The notes beneath the pieces are model-generated. The model made no database searches, had not been told where the DNA came from, and was given only the letters and a program-made list of their open reading frames with translations. From assembly GCA_964016885.1 (NCBI GenBank), contig OZ024755.1:27342001-27406000 (forward strand): a stretch of DNA of 64,000 bases. Direction: 5' to 3'. The DNA comes from Eledone cirrhosa (taxonomy: Eukaryota). Below are positions 52,891 to 64,000 of this stretch, piece after piece (within the stretch, counting starts at the first letter, position 1; each line of letters begins with the position of its first letter). The position numbers and the translations under genes were made by a program.

Positions 52891-55207
52891 TGGGAGAGAA
52901 GTAGAAACTGGAAGCCGTGTTCTAGAAAGTGGTTTGCCTAAAGGGAAAAAGAAAAGAAAGTAAAAAGAAAATATCAAAAACGGTTCTATACTTTTATTTC
53001 TGTATTTAGATATTAAAATCTGAATACTATAGAAATCGGTACGATTATATAAAACAGCCAATAAAGCTAACTACATCGAAATAATGGCATATGTACTGGG
53101 ATTTGTTAAACGCATTCATGGCAATCTTATTGTCTTTTAGCCATTACTATATATTTTACGATACATTTATACGTATATATTTTTCTTTTGATCGGATCAA
53201 CTGAAATGGGAACAATATTTATTAATCTTTAAAAGGGAAAATTATAAGAAATCTTGAATGAAAATCTAGAAACATTTGAAAAGGAATTTACAAAATAGAT
53301 TTCTACCTTCCTTTGAAACCTCACTGTCGCAATCAATACGATTTATGGGAAGACATTGAAGTTAACATACAAACAAAAACATAAAACTAAACAATAACAA
53401 AACAGAAAAACAAATAACAACGCCAACAATAAATTTAAAATCAATAACAAAGGTTGTGTCATAAATCTAAGATTGAAATTGGCTGTGCATTAGAAAAACA
53501 TGCATTAATAAATATATAAATATCTATATAAATTAAAAATGAGAAATTGCAGCGTAGTGTCAAACGAAAGAAATTATATACTGAATGATGTAACTCATTG
53601 ATTTCTACCATACTCACGATGGTAGACATTTTAGGGGGAGAACAAAGTCGATTGTATTGATTTCTGGATTGTAGACATGAAGTGTTAAATTTGGAGGTGA
53701 TGAATAGTCAATTATAACAACCCAAATATTTGATTGGTATTTCAGTTCATTGATCATGAAAGGACGAACGTGAGATTTAAACATAGAATGTAAAAGGCAT
53801 ATTACCTGATTAAACCTTTCATTACCATACTTTCAATAAAATACATTACTTACATGTTTGAAATAATTTTTAATATTTTAAGAATTTGTAGCGATTTAAT
53901 AAAAATAACTGTAATTTTCTTTCTCGTGTTACAAATTTTTAATATTAAGTAAACTTAGGATGGTGGATTGGCAGAATCAGTAGAGCGTCAGTCAATATTC
54001 TTTGCAGCATAGAATTACGGCCCTTTATATTCTGAGTTCAAATCCTGCCGAGGTTAGCTTTACCTTTCATCCTTACGGGTTCGATAAAATAAAGTACCAG
54101 TAATGCACTGAGGTCGATTTAATCGATTTCCCCTCCCATAAAATTGCTGGCCTTGTGCCTAAATCAGAAACCAATATTAAGTAAACTTAGAGTTAATAGC
54201 TTCAACACATGTTGTAAAAAAGTGTGTAACAAGTAGGGCATATAAGCTGTAGCGCTTGTGAGTTCGTATCTGACGATTGACACTCTCCATTTTATTGTTT
54301 ACAACTTGTTATGCTATTTTTCTAAATCAAACCATGGTTTGAGCCTAATGTTAACTTAATATTCAATATATATGCGCGCGCGCGTGTGTGTGTGTGTGTG
54401 TGCGTGTGCATGGGTGTGTGTGCGTGCGTGCGTGTGTGTGTGCGTGTGTGCGTGCGTGCGTGTGTGTGGGGGTGCGCGCGCGCGCGCGTGTGTGCATGCG
54501 TGTGTGTGCGTGCGTGCGCGTGTGTGTGTGTGTGTGCGTGCGTGTGTGTGTGTGCGTATGTGCATGCGTGTGTGTGTGTGTCATACATGCCTTTTCCTTA
54601 ACCAATTATTTGGGGAGTAAGAGAAGTGAAATGGCTACAAACACGGATTGCAACAACTTTGCGATTCATTAAATATTTAAAATACGTAAAATTGATATCA
54701 AATTACCATTTTTTTGGCATCGTTTTATAAAATAACTGATGTGTTTATAAATTATGCAAACATTATGGTAATATATAGAAAATGTTTAGAAAAATATTCG
54801 TAAAGAAAAACAAACAGTAATGACAGAGTCGTTAGAGCGTAGGGGAATATGCGCTGTTGTGACTCCATTAATATCGTATATATTATTGTCGTCTACAGAA
54901 AAATTGCATCGAGCGAGAATCTGCAAGAGGCCTTGTAGTTACCTTCAGCTTCATACAAAGATATTTATTTAGTTACCTGATCTTTGCAAGTGAAATTAGC
55001 ATTGACGGAAATGGCGTGGAATCTCGTCAAATGGATTTAAACTAGTTGAAACATCAACTGACTGACTTTACATACAACTGACTGTAACACTGACTGTAAC
55101 ACTGACTGACTGTAAACTGACTTACTGTAACACCGACTGACTGTAACACTGACTGACTGTAACACCAACTGACTGTAACACTGACTGACTGTAATATATA
55201 TACATAT

Positions 55208-55261
<54 letters not shown>

Positions 55262-56060
55262 AATAGTCGTTTTGGAAGCCTCTACAAGGCAGATGGGTAA
55301 ATCTCCGAGTAACAAAATTAGGTGGTAGTAGGAAGAGAGAGAAAAGTAGGAAGAAGCGTAAAAAGAAAACCTTGGAGGAGATTTATTGGTCCCTATATTT
55401 CGGATTTCACATCCATCGATATGAGACGGTTCCAAAGGGAAATAGGTATGCCAGGGAACAGAACAATGTGTGGTCTTCTTTATCTGCCGTATGCGTACAA
55501 ATATATATATATATATTTGAAAAGAAAAGTGTATATTCATAATGTGGCGTTTGGACATGTACAAAAAAATGGAGGGTGGGGGGGGGTACACGTGCGTATT
55601 CAGTCAGCCATATATATATATATATAAATCAAAATGACGAGCTGTGTTGTCGCAAAATAATAAAAAATACAAGTTACGGGCGAGAAAGAGGAGTATCCGT
55701 CATCAGTTGTCTACTAGGAATCATAGGTATTTCTTCGCGTTAGAGACAATATACCTCAACCTAAGGCGAGTCAATAACTAAAATAAGTTATCGGGATAAA
55801 AGAAAGGAGTGGGGAGAAAAACATGTAAACAGGCAAGAATGGTGAAGCAACGTAAAGAGACGAAAATTAGGAAAAATATCAAGTCAACAACTCATTTCGA
55901 ATATAAGAACGGGTGAATTTTGACGAGAGACAAAAGACACGTCTTAGACCGTGGCAGTGTTAGCGAGAAAAGAGACCGCGTACAGTGCTGGACGATGGAG
56001 GAAGTGAGTTAGCGCGGAGAGAGGATGAATAGCATAGAGGGAGTGAGTGAAAGTGCGAGG

Positions 56061-56133
<73 letters not shown>

Positions 56134-56144
56134 TACACACACAC

Positions 56145-56226
<82 letters not shown>

Positions 56227-56400
56227 GCGCAAACAGACACACTTACAAAAATACACACTCACAGACATACATTCGCACAAACGCATACATACAATTACAC
56301 AACCACACACCACATACACATACACTCACACACAGCGTAGCAAATGGAATGCCAGCTGCTGTTTTGCTATTTATTTTTCACCATCCCCTTCCTTCGTTCC

Positions 56401-56482
<82 letters not shown>

Positions 56483-56864
56483 ACACACATTGTGTGACGG
56501 ATGGACAGACGGACGGAAGTCGCTTAAATTTTTATAGAGATGCGAATATGCAAAACTGACAAAATTGTTAATAAGACCAGAGAGAGAAAGACAACAGTTA
56601 AAATGTATTTCATATGGAATATATACTTACTGTTGTGGTTTGATTATCATGTTTATCACTGTTCCTTAACTTCACCATTATGGTAATGTCTGCAATACAA
56701 TTGATAAATCGATATACATAAAACTGCATGGAATTCTGGGTGCGTGTATATATATATATAAATGATTTGTATAGGACTAGCACTGTTTTAGTCGTATGTA
56801 TGTATGCATGCATGTATGTATGTATGTATGTATGCATGTATGTATGTATGTATGCATGTATGTC

Positions 56865-57403
56865 GGGTCACCCTGGAGTGCTACTGGTAACATGTAACCC
56901 AGTACAACCTGTCGCATGGTCGGGTCATCGGCGACTAAACCGGCAACCCCACCAAGTTTACTTGGTGAGGAGGGTGATTTTGGACACCCTGCAGGACAAA
57001 AAGCAAAACCTGACAAAGGGCGGAAGACCTCATAAGAGTCCACGACGGCTATCCGAAAGTGTGTAAATATGTATACACACATATACCACGCGGTTAAACC
57101 ACTGGGAGTGAAGGACCCCTAGCCTTTGTCAGGGCATTCTTCTAGGAGAAAGCAACTCAGGAAACTGGGATAACTCCGACATAAAACCTGCGGCTCAGTA
57201 GTTACCGATGATGTTGATCTTTTCTTCTTTTCGGGTTATAGCTACTGTCGCTCAGAGAGTGGGATTGGCTCAGTGCACAGTCTCTCCTCACTTTAAAAAA
57301 TATCTTCACGCACAGGCATTGCACGATAGAATTAATTTATAATTATTAATAATGGTATATCGTGCTATGGCCATACTCGATAACGAGGGGGCAGCCATCA
57401 TCA
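56865..57403 (+). mobile_element. short non-autonomous RTE-type retroelement (copy 2) inserted in (TATG)n
   Basis: Homologous to 1394-1850; ends GGCAGCCATCATCAT. Confidence 0.55.
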
Positions 57404-58265
57404 TGTATGTATGTATGAATATATATATGTATGCATGTATATATATATATATATATGTGCATGTATGTATGTATATTTGTATTATGTATGTATGTATGAA
57501 TATATTTATGTATGTATGCATGTATGTATGCATGCATGTATGTATATATGTATTATCTATGTATGTATGAATATATGCATGTATGTATGTATGCTTGTAC
57601 GTATGTATGTATGTATGTATGTATGTATGTATGTATGTATGTATGTATGTATGCATGCATGTATGTATGTATGCATGTATGTGTGTATGTATGTATGTAT
57701 GTATGTATGCATGTATGTATGCATGCATGTATGTATGTATGTATGTATGTATGTATGTATGTATGTATGTATGTATGCATGTATGTATGTATGTATGCAT
57801 GTATGTATGTATGCATGTATGCATGTATGTATGTATGTATGTATGTATGTATGCATGTATGTATGCATGTATGTATGTATGTATGCATGTATGTATGTAT
57901 GTATGCATGTATGCATGTATGTATGTATGTATGAATGTATGTATGTCTGCATGTATGTATGCAGGTATGCATGTATGCATGTATTTATGTATGCATGCAT
58001 GTGTGTATGTCTGCATGTATGTATGTATGTATGTATGTATATATGTATGTATGTATGCATGTATGTATGTATGTATGAATGTATGTATGTCTGCATGTAT
58101 GTATGTATGCAGGTATGTATGTATGCATGTATTTATGTATGCATGCATGTGTGTATGTCTGCATGTATGTATGTATGTATGTATGTATGTATGTATGTAT
58201 GTATGTATGCATGTATGTATGAATGTATGTATGAATGTATGTATATATTTATGTATATATGTATG
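57403..58265. repeat. (TATG)n/(CATG) microsatellite
   Basis: Direct inspection. Confidence 0.97.
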
Positions 58266-58491
58266 TGACAAGGTTGTAAAGAAACGGAAATTTCGCCCAT
58301 TGTAAAGTCTCTCATTTTTTAAATCTGGAGAATGTTTTACAGATTTTGACATTTCTAGACACCATTGGTCGTTTGTAGCTGATGTATTCTGGGGATGCCT
58401 TCTCTCTCCAACACTCTTAGTTCTGCCATAATTCGGTCCAGCCGGGCTGGTAATCATCCCGTGCAGTTCCGGATTTAGAACAAATGAGACC

Positions 58492-58649
58492 CAGGGCCAC
58501 TTAACGCATGGGCACGCTGGGCAGTTGCCCGGGGGCCCCACGAGCATAGGGGGCCCATTTGTATTTTTATTCCTGTGAGTGGTTGTGTAGGTAGGGGCCC
58601 CAGTGCTCTGCTTTGCCCAGGGGTCTATAATGCTGTTATGACGGCCCTG
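58492..58649. mobile_element. hAT-like MITE
   Basis: CAGGGCC...GGCCCTG termini; 8-bp TSD ATGAGACC/GTGAGACC. Confidence 0.75.
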
Positions 58650-59238
58650 GTGAGACCCTGAGGTAGTTACGTTATGGGGCCCCTTACTTGGGCACTGAAG
58701 GAGTTAAAAAACTAATTTGACAGGTAGATGTGTGTGTGTACGTGAATGAATGTGTGTGTGTGTGTGTGTGTGTCTGTACGTGAATGTATGTGTGTGTCTG
58801 TACGTGAATGCATGTGTGTGTCTGTACGTGAATGTATGTGTGTGCGTCTGTACGTGAATGTATGTGTGTGCGTCTGTACGTGAATGTATGTGTGTGTGTC
58901 TGTACGTGAATGAATGTGTGTGTGTACGTGAATGTATATATGTGTGTATGTGTCTGTACGTCACAGCACATTTCAGTTATATCCCAACCAGTAATTATTG
59001 ACACAGTTACCATCAATCGATAAGAAAACAATATCTAATCAATAGATATATAATAAGGGAGAAAACCAACAAAAACAATGAAGACATCTATGATGACTAC
59101 TTTGATGACTTAATTTACCTCTTAGATGTAATTAACAATCTTATTCTCTTCCTCTTCCAGGAAATCGGTCAATTCTTTCCCTTCTTTCTTCTTTCATTAA
59201 GAATAAAATGTCTTATTAAAAGGAAAATGTTTCCATCA

Positions 59239-59316
<78 letters not shown>

Positions 59317-59359
59317 TACGAGCTGAGGATGCCCTAAGGTGAAACAATTGTTCTCCGTA
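59317..59359 (+). ncRNA. minimal type I hammerhead ribozyme candidate (Penelope-type)
   Basis: TACGAG-CTGAGGA-TGCCCTAAGGT-GAAA-C-AATT-G-TT-CTCCGTA: stem I pairs with one bulge; palindromic stem III. Confidence 0.55.
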
Positions 59360-59397
59360 TGGTGAACTAACTGTTGTGTAACCACTTCTATATATAC

Positions 59398-59491
<94 letters not shown>

Positions 59492-59764
59492 GAAAGGTAT
59501 AGAAAACATTGTAGCGAAAAGCCATATATATATATACTCGTATATATATATATATACTGATGGAAACATTTTCATATACATATATGCAGAAGTTATATTT
59601 AATTTGTTGGGATTCCAACAAACTTAAAGGTTTATAACTGATATAGAGCAATCAACAAATTACTGGAGTAAATATTCAATATATTAATAAATGGAAACTA
59701 TATCTATCCAGCGAATTTTCAACCGTCAAGGTTGTTTTCCATGGCTATGTCACTATTTATAAAA

Positions 59765-60737
59765 CATATCCATGGTTCGCTTTCGTCTTCCGGTCTATAT
59801 CTATAGTTCACTTTCGTTTTCCGGTTTATATCCATGGTTCGCTTTCGTCTTCCGGTCTATATTTATAGTTCATTTTCGTCTTCCGGTTTATATCCATGGT
59901 TCGCTTTCGTCTTCCGGTCTATATTTATAGTTCGCTTTCGTCACCCAATCTATATCTATAGTGCTTTCGTCTTCCGGTCTATATCTATAGTTCACTTTCG
60001 TCTTCCGGTCTATATCTATAGTTCGCTTTCGTCTTCCGGTTTATATCCATGGTTCGCTTTCCTCTTCCGGTCTATATTTATAGTTCGCTTTCGTCTCCCA
60101 GACTATATCTATAGTGCTTTCGTCTTCCGGTCTATATCTATAGTTCACTTTCGTCTTCCGGTTTATATCCATGGTTCGTTTTCGTCTTCCGGTCTATTTT
60201 TATAGTTCATTTTCGTTTTCCGGTTTATATCCATGGTTCGCTTTCGTCTTCCGGTCTATATTTATAGTTCGCTTTCGTCTCCCAATCTATATCTATAGTG
60301 CTTTCGTCTTCCGGTCTATATCTATAGTTCGCTTTCGTCTTCCGGTCTATTTTTATAGTTCATTTTCGTCTTCCGGTTTATATCCATGGTTCGCTTTCGT
60401 CTTCCGGTCTATATTTATAGTTCGCTTTCGTCTCCCAGACTATATCTATAGTGCTTTCGTCTTCCGGTCTATATCTATAGTTCGCTTTCGTCTTCCGGTT
60501 TATATCCATGGTTCGCTTTCGTCTTCCGGTCTATATTTATAGTTCGCTTTCGTCTCCCAGACTATATCTATAGTGCTTTCGTCTTCCAGCCTATAGCTAT
60601 AGTTCGCTTTCGTCTTCCGGTTTATATCCATGGTTCGCTTTCGTCTTCCGGTCTATATTTATAGTTCGCTTTCGTCTCCCAGACTATATCTATAGTGCTT
60701 TCGTCTTCCGGCCTATAGCTATAGTTCGCTTTCGTTT
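59765..60737. repeat. 31-bp minisatellite (~31 copies)
   Basis: Unit TATAGTTCGCTTTCGTCTTCCGGTCTATATC with recurring variant units. Confidence 0.93.
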
Positions 60738-60943
60738 TGCCTTCCTTCTCTATTGTCTCATCTCGTCTTCCAGTAATTCTCTATTACTCTCTTATCTTCT
60801 TCCAGTTACTCTCTAGTGTTTTCCATTCAACTTCCGGTCTTTTTCTATTGCTAACTTCTCGTCTTCCGGTTTTTCTCCTACCACAATCAATGGATACTTT
60901 CACTTATTCTGTTTTACTCTCTTGCTTCTCTGTGTGGTTTTTG

Positions 60944-61024
<81 letters not shown>

Positions 61025-61054
61025 CTCTATCTATCTATCTATCTATCTATCTAG

Positions 61055-61535
61055 GCGGTTTTCCTTTGTGTGATAGCTATGGCGAAAAAGGTTGTATGGT
61101 AGACAAGGTTGAAAGGGCTGAGGTCAGACACCTTTCTCTCCGGCCAACAACTGATTCTTTTTTTCAAATACCACTTTGGAAGAAGAATCAGGATGGAGAG
61201 AGAGGGGCTGTACCCCAGCAAGTTTTATGAAAGGTGGGTGAAAGTGGCGAGAATGGCCCAAGTGAATGGGCCTTCTCTCTATATCAGCCTGTAGGTTGAG
61301 GAAAAGGAGGAGGAGAGGAAAGGAGTACAAGCTCTTCGTACTCCTGGAGATGAGGGTTGCACATTTTTTTTCGGGGGTATGTGTTACCCATATAAACTGT
61401 CTCCCTCTATTGGGGAAAATCGACTAACTTTTAAATTCCATCTGTGATAACATTTTACACGTTTTTATTGTATGTAAACTTCCCCCTTTGTATTTGTCCC
61501 CTTCTTTTGTGCCCCTGTGGCTAATAAAGAAATAT
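61055..61535 (+). mobile_element. L1/Tx1-like LINE 3' end in (TATC)n
   Basis: Near-identical to 31295-31765; AATAAA terminus. Confidence 0.65.
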
Positions 61536-62696
61536 ATCTATCTCTCTATCTATCTATCTATCTCTTTCTACCTCACCATGGTTCTGTCTTTCTTTTATCA
61601 TTTGGATTTCTTTTATTGTATTCTCCTGTCATATCTCTCTTTCTATCTTCAGGGGCGGTGGAAGTATTTCTGAATTGGGCGAGGGGTGAGTAGCAAATTT
61701 GGTCAATTTAGTTGTAGTGATTAGTTTAGCTGTTATCAAATATCAACCAAGATATCAAAAAACTTCGATATGTGATAAATATAACATGTACATAAAAATT
61801 GTAGTGCATATACAAATAGATGTGTGTTTTGGTAGTTTGGGAAAATATAATTATTGGTGGGGGGGGGGGGGGCTTTGCAGCATAGAGTTACGGTCCTTTA
61901 CGGTCTGAGTTCAAATCCCGCCGAAGTTAACTTTACCTTTCATTCTTACGGGGTCGATAAAATAAAGTAACAGTAATGCACTGGGTCGATATAATCGACT
62001 TTCCCTTCTCCCCAAAATTGCTGGCCTTGTGCCTATATAAGAAACCATTATCTCCCCGGGCGGTGGATTGGCAGTATCGGTAGAGGGTCGGACGCCTTGC
62101 TTTCCAGCATAGTTACGTCCCTTTACGATCTGAGTTCAAATCCCGCCGAGGTTGACTTTGCCTTTCATCCTTACGGGGTCGATAAAATAAAGTACCAGTA
62201 ATGCACTGGGTAATTGCTAGCCTTGTGCCTAAAGTAGAAACAATTATGTCCAATCTCCCCATTTTGTCTCATTTCTTCCCGTTTTGGAGGCACTTTTTCA
62301 TGGTACTCTCCGTTTGGGTTTTTAGAGGTTGGCAGGTCTGCAAACACCTAATGTATGGAAACATAATAGTAAAGTAGGCGCTAGTAGTGTTGCTGTTGTA
62401 AGCCAAGAAATTTAAATAAACTGAAATTACAACCGCAGTGAGGAATGCAATCAGTATTTAAATTATTAATCCGGTTTAAAATAAACAAGGAAGACGTTAT
62501 TGGTTTTTGGGGTGGGTGGGTTTCTAGCTATCCCTCCTTTTTGCCTTCAGTTTTCTCCAACAATTATTATTTTAACATCTTACCATTTGTTGTTCTGCTT
62601 GCTGTTTTACATTTATATTACATTTTGTCTCATGCTTTCTTTACTGTGATATCTTATTTTGATATTTTACCCCAAAATTGATTATCTTTCTGTTAA

Positions 62697-62763
<67 letters not shown>

Positions 62764-62888
62764 ATCTACCCTCTCACACACACTCTTTCCCTTTCACACT
62801 GTCTCTCTCTCGCGCTCTCTTTCTCTCTCTCTCTTTCTTTGATATTTTCTTATATTCTCATCACACAAATTGTATATCTTTCTGTTAA

Positions 62889-62940
<52 letters not shown>

Positions 62941-63403
62941 ATTTTTCTTTATTTCGTCTCTCTTTTCTTTTCTTCTTTCTTTTATTCATTCATTTGTTTT
63001 TTCTTTCTTTCATCCTTCTTTTTTTCCCATTCTTTTTTCCTTATCTATTTATTTCTTCAACTTTTCCTTCCCTCCCTCCCTCCTTCCTTCCTTCCTTCCT
63101 TTACCTTTCATTTCTTTCTTACGCTTTTGTAGATTTGAAAAAAAAAAAAAAATCTATTTCTTTTCCAATACCTGGTACAAGTGCTGAATCTAGTAAGTTA
63201 ATTACTTCCAATTGTCCAGTAACCAATCGATTATCTCCTCACCCCACCCTCAGACTAACTTCTTACCCTCCATCTTCCTAAATCTTTGCTGAAGTTTTTT
63301 TAGGTGGGGGGAAGGGGTCTATTTTTTTTCTTTTTTTTTTTTTTATCTTAAGTTGAAAGTGATTTCGAAATTTTTGCCAAAATTGTCTTTGGAATATTTA
63401 TAT

Positions 63404-63693
63404 CAGTCATGGGCAACCTGCGGCCCGCGAACTTTTTTTAATGGCTCACCAGAGTCACCTAAATAAAATCTTTCTGATGGTTTAAACCCCAACTTTTCAG
63501 CCGTAATTTATCTTTCCATCATTTTCACGATCGAGGAAAACAACGTGTACGCATTCTGAAGAAACAAACAAAAAAAACCTGAGTTACTGCACTTTTTTTT
63601 TGTGGACATGAATGTAAATTAGCGCTTGCGGCCCACCTGATGATGAGTCATATCTCATGCGGCCCGCTTCTCGAAAAAGGTTGCCCATGCCTG
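63404..63693. mobile_element. hAT (Charlie-like) MITE
   Basis: CAGTCATGGGCAACCT...AGGTTGCCCATGCCTG TIRs, GCGGCCC subterminal motifs, imperfect 8-bp TSD ATTTATAT/ATTTATTA. Confidence 0.75.
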
Positions 63694-64000
63694 ATTTATT
63701 AGTTACATACATTGTAGTTTCTAGAGTTAACCCTTTAGCATTCACATTACTCTATATCTTGGCAGTATCGGTAGAGGGTCGGACGCCATGCTTTCCAGCA
63801 TAGTTACGTCCCTTTACGATTTGAGTTCAAATCCCGCCGAGGTTGACTTTGCCTTTCATCCTTACGGGGTCGATAAAATAAAGTACCAGTAATGCACTGG
63901 GTAATTGCTGGCCTTGTGCCTGAAGTAGAAACAATTATATTTTCATGGTAAAGGCTTTACCTCGCATAATATCTCACATAATATCGAATCTATGAGATTT

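Noticed and set aside
52891-53061. 57-aa N-terminal extension of the GT31 ORF in the ORF track
   Set aside because: Starts at a non-ATG codon and runs through a polypyrimidine tract/AG acceptor; likely intron plus 5' UTR.

Overview
Repeat-rich eukaryotic genomic DNA, most consistent with a coleoid cephalopod (octopus-like; inferred from the very long (TA)n/(TATG)n tracts and the SINE/RTE/Penelope repertoire). There are two protein-coding genes, both on the minus strand: a 7-exon tRNA m1G9 methyltransferase (TRMT10A-like, ATG 36411 to stop 10300, 307 aa reconstructed by hand with GT-AG introns) and a single-coding-exon GT31 beta-1,3-glycosyltransferase (51856-52890). The rest is microsatellites, minisatellites (48, 43, 37 and 31 bp units), two tRNA-derived SINE families, RTE/CR1/Tx1-like LINE remnants, a Tc1 remnant, piggyBac/hAT MITEs, non-autonomous Helitrons and Penelope-like remnants. 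The most notable signals are: (1) many fold-back (inverted-repeat) insertions in microsatellites carrying minimal hammerhead-ribozyme cores; (2) one such hairpin in TRMT10A intron 6 whose 24 of 24 arm mismatches are G-U wobbles on the transcribed strand, with every polarisable one being A-to-G, as if ADAR hyper-editing had been written into the DNA; (3) oppositely oriented 48-bp minisatellite arrays bracketing TRMT10A exons 4-5; (4) a triplicated splice acceptor at exon 4. Repeat boundaries are approximate hand estimates.
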